A DNA stretch of 64,000 nucleotides from Acidobacteriota bacterium. GTDB taxonomy: Bacteria > Acidobacteriota > UBA6911 > RPQK01 > JAJDTT01. The notes under the pieces are model-generated. The model worked only from the letters and a program-made list of their open reading frames with translations, searched no databases and was not told the origin of the DNA. The DNA lies in contig OZ242374.1 of the NCBI GenBank assembly GCA_965209055.1, positions 3,360,001-3,424,000 of the forward strand, written 5' to 3'. Positions 59,317-64,000 of the stretch are shown one piece after another. A program made the position numbers and the translations under genes. Within the stretch, counting starts at the first letter, position 1, and every line of letters starts with the position of its first letter.

Positions 59317-60312
59317 ATGGCGTTGACAACCGAATCGACCCCGTCGCAACAACTTGATCCCGCCACCCGGCTGGACTTCCTGCGCCAGATGCTCACGATT
59401 CGGGCGTTCGAGTTTCGCGTGGGGGAATTCTACGAACGGGCCGAGATGCCCGGCATCACCCATCTCTCCATCGGACAGGAGGCGGTGGCCGTCGGCGTCT
59501 GCGCTCACCTCGACCACAACGACTACATCACCAGCACGCATCGCGGGCACGGGCACTGCTACGCCAAGGGCGCCGGCCTCGTCCCCATGTTCGGGGAACT
59601 GCTGGGCAAGGCGAACGGATACTGCCGCGGCAAGGGCGGGTCCATGCACATCGCCGACCGGGAGACGGGCCACCTGGGCGCCAACGCCATCATCGGCGGC
59701 GGCATTCCGCTGGCGACCGGCGCCGCTCTCTCGGCGAAGGTGCTCCGGAACCGGGGCGTCGGCGTGTCGTTTTTCGGCGATGGAGCCCTCAACGAGGGCA
59801 TCCTGCTGGAATCGATGAACCTGGCGGCCATCTGGAATCTGCCCGCCATCTTCGCCTGTGAGAACAATCACTACGGGGAGTACACGCCGACGGAGCAGGT
59901 CACGGCCGGCCGTCTCACGCTCCGCGGCGAAGCCTTCGGCATCCCTTCCGCCGAAGTGGACGGCATGGACGTCCTGGCCGTCTACGATGCCACGCACGCC
60001 GCCGTACAGCGCGCCAGGAACGGGGAGGGCCCCAGCTTCTTCGTCTTCGACACCTATCGCTATCTGGGCCACGGCATGTCGGACCGGACCCGGCCCTACC
60101 GGTCGCGCGAAGAAGAGGACCTGTGGCGGACCCGGCGCGACCCCATCGAGCGATTGCGGAAGCAGTTGCTTGAGGCCGGGCACACCAGCGAGTCGGAGTT
60201 GGACGCCATGGCGGAGGCGGTCAACGCCGAGGTGGAGGAAGCCGCCCGATTGGCTCAAGAGGCGCCGTTCCCGGATCCGGAGGAGGTGGACCGACATGTC
60301 TTCGCCGACTGA
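59317..60312 (+). CDS. TPP-dependent dehydrogenase E1 alpha (acetoin/pyruvate dehydrogenase type)
   Basis: HLSIGQEA, STHRGHGH, GGSMH, GDGA..N. Confidence 0.92.
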   Translation: MALTTESTPSQQLDPATRLDFLRQMLTIRAFEFRVGEFYERAEMPGITHLSIGQEAVAVGVCAHLDHNDYITSTHRGHGHCYAKGAGLVPMFGELLGKANGYCRGKGGSMHIADRETGHLGANAIIGGGIPLATGAALSAKVLRNRGVGVSFFGDGALNEGILLESMNLAAIWNLPAIFACENNHYGEYTPTEQVTAGRLTLRGEAFGIPSAEVDGMDVLAVYDATHAAVQRARNGEGPSFFVFDTYRYLGHGMSDRTRPYRSREEEDLWRTRRDPIERLRKQLLEAGHTSESELDAMAEAVNAEVEEAARLAQEAPFPDPEEVDRHVFAD

Positions 60313-61297
60313 AACCCGCCAACTCACCTTCAGCCAGGCCGTCAACGAAGCGATCCGGGAGGAGATGGATCGCGACCACCGGGTGATCCTGTTCGGCGAG
60401 GATGTGGCGGCGGCCGGCGGGGTCTGGAAGGTGACCGAAGGACTCCTGGACCGGTTTGGGGCGGAACGGGTCCTGGACACGCCCATCTCCGAAGCCGGGA
60501 TCGCCGGGCTGGGGGTGGGGGCGGCCATGACCGGCCTGCGGCCCATCGTCGAGATCATGTTCGGCGACTTTCTGCCGCTCGCCTCCGATCAGATCGTCAA
60601 CCAGGCGGCCAAGACCTATTACATGTCGGGCGGGATGACCAGCGTCCCCATGGTCTTCCTCACCTCCATGGGAGCCGGGCGCCGTTTGGCGGCCCAGCAC
60701 TCTCAGAGCTTGCAAGCCTGGTTCGCCCACATCCCCGGGTTGAAGGTGGTGCTGCCCTCCGGTCCTTACGACGCCAAGGGGCTGATGAAGACCGCCATCC
60801 GGGACGAAAACCCCGTGATCTTCCTACAGGACAAGGTGGACATCTACCAGAAAGGTCCGGTCCCCGATCCATCCCACGAGTACACCATCCCTTTCGGCCG
60901 CGCCGACGTGAAGCGGGAGGGAGAGGATCTGACCCTCGTCGCCACCTCCAGCATGGTCCGCCAGGCCTTGGATGCTGCGTCCGAGCTGGCGGAGGAGGGA
61001 ATCGAGTCGGAGGTCATCGACCCGCGCACCCTGGCGCCGCTGGACGAAGAGACGTTGCTGGACTCGGTCCGAAAGACGGGACGGTGCCTGGTGATCGACG
61101 AGGGTTACCAGCGCTACGGGGCGGGAGCCGAGATCGCGGCTCTGGTCGGCGAAAATCTGTTTTTCGACCTGGAGGCTCCGGTTCGGAGGCTGGGCGCCAT
61201 GGATGTCCCCGTTCCGTTCTCACCGACGCTGGAGGACCTGACCATTCCCGGCAAGGAGCAGGTCGTCGAGATCGCCCGCCAGATGTTCGAAGATTAG
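60296..61297 (+). CDS. 2-oxoacid/acetoin dehydrogenase E1 beta
   Basis: DTPISE, AAQHSQ, IDPRTLAPLD; ATG at 60296. Confidence 0.92.
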   Translation: MSSPTETRQLTFSQAVNEAIREEMDRDHRVILFGEDVAAAGGVWKVTEGLLDRFGAERVLDTPISEAGIAGLGVGAAMTGLRPIVEIMFGDFLPLASDQIVNQAAKTYYMSGGMTSVPMVFLTSMGAGRRLAAQHSQSLQAWFAHIPGLKVVLPSGPYDAKGLMKTAIRDENPVIFLQDKVDIYQKGPVPDPSHEYTIPFGRADVKREGEDLTLVATSSMVRQALDAASELAEEGIESEVIDPRTLAPLDEETLLDSVRKTGRCLVIDEGYQRYGAGAEIAALVGENLFFDLEAPVRRLGAMDVPVPFSPTLEDLTIPGKEQVVEIARQMFED

Positions 61298-61330
61298 ACC
61301 TCGCCGTTCCATCCCAGCCGGAGAAGCAAC

Positions 61331-62500
61331 GTGGCCACTGAAGTCATCATGCCTGCGCTGGAAATGTCCCAGGAGCAGGGCGTCCTGGTGCGTTGGCTCA
61401 AGTCCGAGGGGGAGTTCGTGGCCCGGGGCGAGCCCCTGATGGAGATCGAGACCGACAAGGCGGTGATGGAGATCGAGGCCTCCGCTTCGGGGATCCTGTC
61501 CAACGTCACGGCCCGGGAGGGGGACGAGGTCCCGGTGGGGCAGGGGATCGCCTGGCTCCTGAACGAGGGTGAAGCGGCCCCCCCGCCGGCCGTCGGTGCG
61601 CCCAGGCCGCAGCGACCCTCCGCTCGCCCCGGAACCGCCCGCCGTGAACGCGAAACCAAGACTCCAGCCCGGTCACCGGCCCGCCGGGGAAGGGTGCGGG
61701 CAACCCCTCGAGCCAGGAAGCTGGCCCGAAAGTTGGGCATCGACCTGGCCGCCGTCACCGGAACCGGCCCCAAGGGCGCCATCCTGCCCCGGGATCTGGA
61801 GGCGCACCAGACTGCTTCCAAGAAAGACGCCGCCGCGGAATCGGAGTATCGCGCCGTGCCCATCAAGGGAACACGGCGCTCCATCGCCCGGCGCACGAGC
61901 GAGAGCTACCGGAACGCACCCCACATCACCCTCTCCCTCTCTCTGGACGTGACCGAACTGCAGGCCAGGACGCCGCCGCAACGCCGCCTCACGCCCTGCC
62001 TGCTGAAAGCGGTGGCCGAAGCGCTCTTGAAACACCCCCGGCTCAACGCTCACGTTGTTGAGGAGGAGATCCGCGAGTTCCCGTCAGTCCATCTGGGCGT
62101 GGCCGTCTCGCTGGACGACGGCCTCGTGGTTCCGGTGTTGCGCAACGTGGAGCGGAAGGAAATCGAACGGATCCAGACGGAGCTGGCGGATCTGGCCCAT
62201 CGATCCCGAAAACGGACGCTCCAGCCCGAGGAGATGAAGGGAAGCACCTTCTCGGTCTCCAACCTGGGCATGTACGGCATCGAGCAGTTCACCTCCATCC
62301 TGAATCCGCCTGAGGTGGGGATCCTCTCGGTGGGGACGGTCCGCGCCGTGCCGGTGGCGGTAGACGGGAAGGTCGCCGTCCGCTCCAGGATGCAGGTGAC
62401 CCTGAACGCCGATCACCGGGCGGTGGATGGTGCGGTTGCGGCCCGGTTTCTGCAGACCCTCAAGGCGTCTGTCGAGTCCGCCGGCGAGGCGGTGTCCTGA
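61331..62500 (+). CDS. Dihydrolipoamide acyltransferase E2
   Basis: Lipoyl ETDKA, E3-binding ATPRARKLA...GTGPKG, DHRAVDG. Confidence 0.93.
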   Translation: MATEVIMPALEMSQEQGVLVRWLKSEGEFVARGEPLMEIETDKAVMEIEASASGILSNVTAREGDEVPVGQGIAWLLNEGEAAPPPAVGAPRPQRPSARPGTARRERETKTPARSPARRGRVRATPRARKLARKLGIDLAAVTGTGPKGAILPRDLEAHQTASKKDAAAESEYRAVPIKGTRRSIARRTSESYRNAPHITLSLSLDVTELQARTPPQRRLTPCLLKAVAEALLKHPRLNAHVVEEEIREFPSVHLGVAVSLDDGLVVPVLRNVERKEIERIQTELADLAHRSRKRTLQPEEMKGSTFSVSNLGMYGIEQFTSILNPPEVGILSVGTVRAVPVAVDGKVAVRSRMQVTLNADHRAVDGAVAARFLQTLKASVESAGEAVS

Positions 62501-62508
62501 GTCCAACT

Positions 62509-64000
62509 TTGCGAAGGTCGACTCTGCAGCTCGTTTTTCTGATCCTGCTCACAAACGCCGGAATCCTCACCGGTTTCTCCCGGTCGGGAGGCGGCGAAGA
62601 CGGGGTTTTCTCCGACGAAACGGAAAAGGCGGGCCTCGACTTCGTCCATTTCAACGGCATGTCGGGCAAGTTCTACTACTGCGAGATGGTGGGTGGAGGC
62701 GGCGCCCTTTTCGACTACGACAGCGACGGCGACCTGGACCTCTATGTGATCCAGGGCCACATGTTGGGAGAGGGTGATCCGTCCGGCGGCACCGGCGTTT
62801 CCCGGGCGGGGACGGCTCCCATGGACCGGCTCTACCGGAACGATCTGCTGGTGCAGCCGGATGGAACCCGCCGGGTCCGCTTTACCGACGTCACCGCCTC
62901 CAGCGGGATCCGGTCACTCGGTTACGGAATGGGGGTGGCCACAGCGGACTTCGACAACGACGGCTGGGTCGACCTCTACGTCATGAACTTCGGCCCCAAT
63001 CAGATGTTTCGGAACCGGGGCGACGGCACCTTCGAGGACGTCACCGCGAAAACCGGCACCGGCGACGGGAGATGGGGGGTGAGTGCGGCCTTTCTGGACT
63101 ACGACCGGGACGGTTGGCTCGACCTCTTCCTGGGGAACTACGTCGATTTCAGATTCTCCAACCAGAAGCTCTGCCATGCTCCCAGCGGTGCCGTCGACTA
63201 CTGCGGTCCCCTGGGTTACGAACCGGTGCCCAATCGCCTCTATCGAAACCGGCGGGACGGAAGCTTCGAGGACGTGTCGGCCAGGAGCCAGATCTCAAGG
63301 GAGTACCACGGGGCATTGGGCGTGGTGGCGGCCGACCTGAACGCCGACGGCTGGCCGGACGTCTACGTGGCCAACGACCAGAGGCCCAACGACCTCTGGA
63401 TCAATCAGAAGGACGGGACCTTCATGAACGAGTCCCTGCTGGCCGGAGCCGCCTTCAACCGGGACGGAATGGCCGAGTCCAGCATGGGAGTCGACGCGGC
63501 GGATTTCGACAACGACGGGGACGAAGACCTCTTCATGACCCATCTGAAGAGCGAGAAGAACACCCTCTATACCAATGACGGCACGGGTTTTTTCAAGGAC
63601 GCGTCGCTGGAAGCCAACCTGGCCGTCTCCAGCCTCCCGTTCACGGCCTTCGGCACCCGGTTCTTCGACTACGACAACGATGGTTGGCTGGACCTGTTCG
63701 CCGCCAACGGCGAGGTGCGGACCATCGAGGCCCTGGCGAGGCGGGGCGACCCGTATCCCTTGCATCAGCCGAACCAGCTCTTTCGCAACCTGGGCGACGG
63801 CCGGTTCCGGGAAGTGACCAGCCAGGCGGGACCGGTGTTCCGGCTTTCGGAAGTAAGCCGCGGCGCGGCGTTCGGGGACGTGGACAACGACGGAGACACC
63901 GACGTGTTGCTCTTCAACAACAACGGACGCACCCGGTTGCTGGTCAACCGGGCCGGAACCGAAAACCGCTGGTTGGGCCTGCGCCTGGTGGGACGAAAGA
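62509..64000 (+). CDS. CRTAC1-family FG-GAP protein, 3'-truncated by window edge
   Basis: Frame open to the window end (not in the ORF track); DFVHFNGMSGKFYYCEMVG is paralogous to the 2891 and 4648 genes; start uncertain. Confidence 0.88.
   Translation, partial: MRRSTLQLVFLILLTNAGILTGFSRSGGGEDGVFSDETEKAGLDFVHFNGMSGKFYYCEMVGGGGALFDYDSDGDLDLYVIQGHMLGEGDPSGGTGVSRAGTAPMDRLYRNDLLVQPDGTRRVRFTDVTASSGIRSLGYGMGVATADFDNDGWVDLYVMNFGPNQMFRNRGDGTFEDVTAKTGTGDGRWGVSAAFLDYDRDGWLDLFLGNYVDFRFSNQKLCHAPSGAVDYCGPLGYEPVPNRLYRNRRDGSFEDVSARSQISREYHGALGVVAADLNADGWPDVYVANDQRPNDLWINQKDGTFMNESLLAGAAFNRDGMAESSMGVDAADFDNDGDEDLFMTHLKSEKNTLYTNDGTGFFKDASLEANLAVSSLPFTAFGTRFFDYDNDGWLDLFAANGEVRTIEALARRGDPYPLHQPNQLFRNLGDGRFREVTSQAGPVFRLSEVSRGAAFGDVDNDGDTDVLLFNNNGRTRLLVNRAGTENRWLGLRLVGRK

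Noticed and set aside
62427-63817. Frameshifted gene suggested by short ORFs at the window end
   Set aside because: One frame is open from about 62509 to the window end; the track omits it because no stop is reached
1-64000. CRISPR array or cas genes
   Set aside because: No regularly spaced repeats seen; recurring GACNACGACGG strings are coding FG-GAP motifs

Overview
GC-rich bacterial chromosome segment. The five CRTAC1/ASPIC-UnbV FG-GAP genes, two DUF1549/DUF1553-DUF1501 clusters, PVC-type haem protein and DUF1080 gene suggest an Acidobacteriota- or Planctomycetota-like host (inference). A ~20.6 kb integrative element (14133-34737) interrupts the backbone. It is bounded by a 15-bp direct repeat with arm-type and IHF-like sites and carries a tyrosine integrase and a frameshifted excisionase. 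Rejoining its flanks restores a GGAG-type REP palindrome, while the element side resembles a decayed tRNA 5' half, which suggests retargeting from tRNA to REP. Nested inside is a P4-like integrase element (~14988-24068), which contains a RIT element (19111-22529) with 90-bp inverted repeats and an adjoining loxP-like 13-8-13 palindrome. A covarying hairpin module followed by ATCCCTGCGGGAAGGC occurs three times, and one copy is split by the nested element. Cargo includes an EcoAI-type type I RM system, a DUF4268/NucS-like nuclease and an unannotated four-gene operon with duplicated FN3-like domains. Outside the island are tandem M19-like paralogs with TGA opposite Cys (candidate selenoprotein), an enoyl-CoA carboxylase/reductase-hydratase fusion, several TA modules and an E1a/E1b/E2 dehydrogenase cluster. 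All calls come from reading the sequence by eye; no searches were run.
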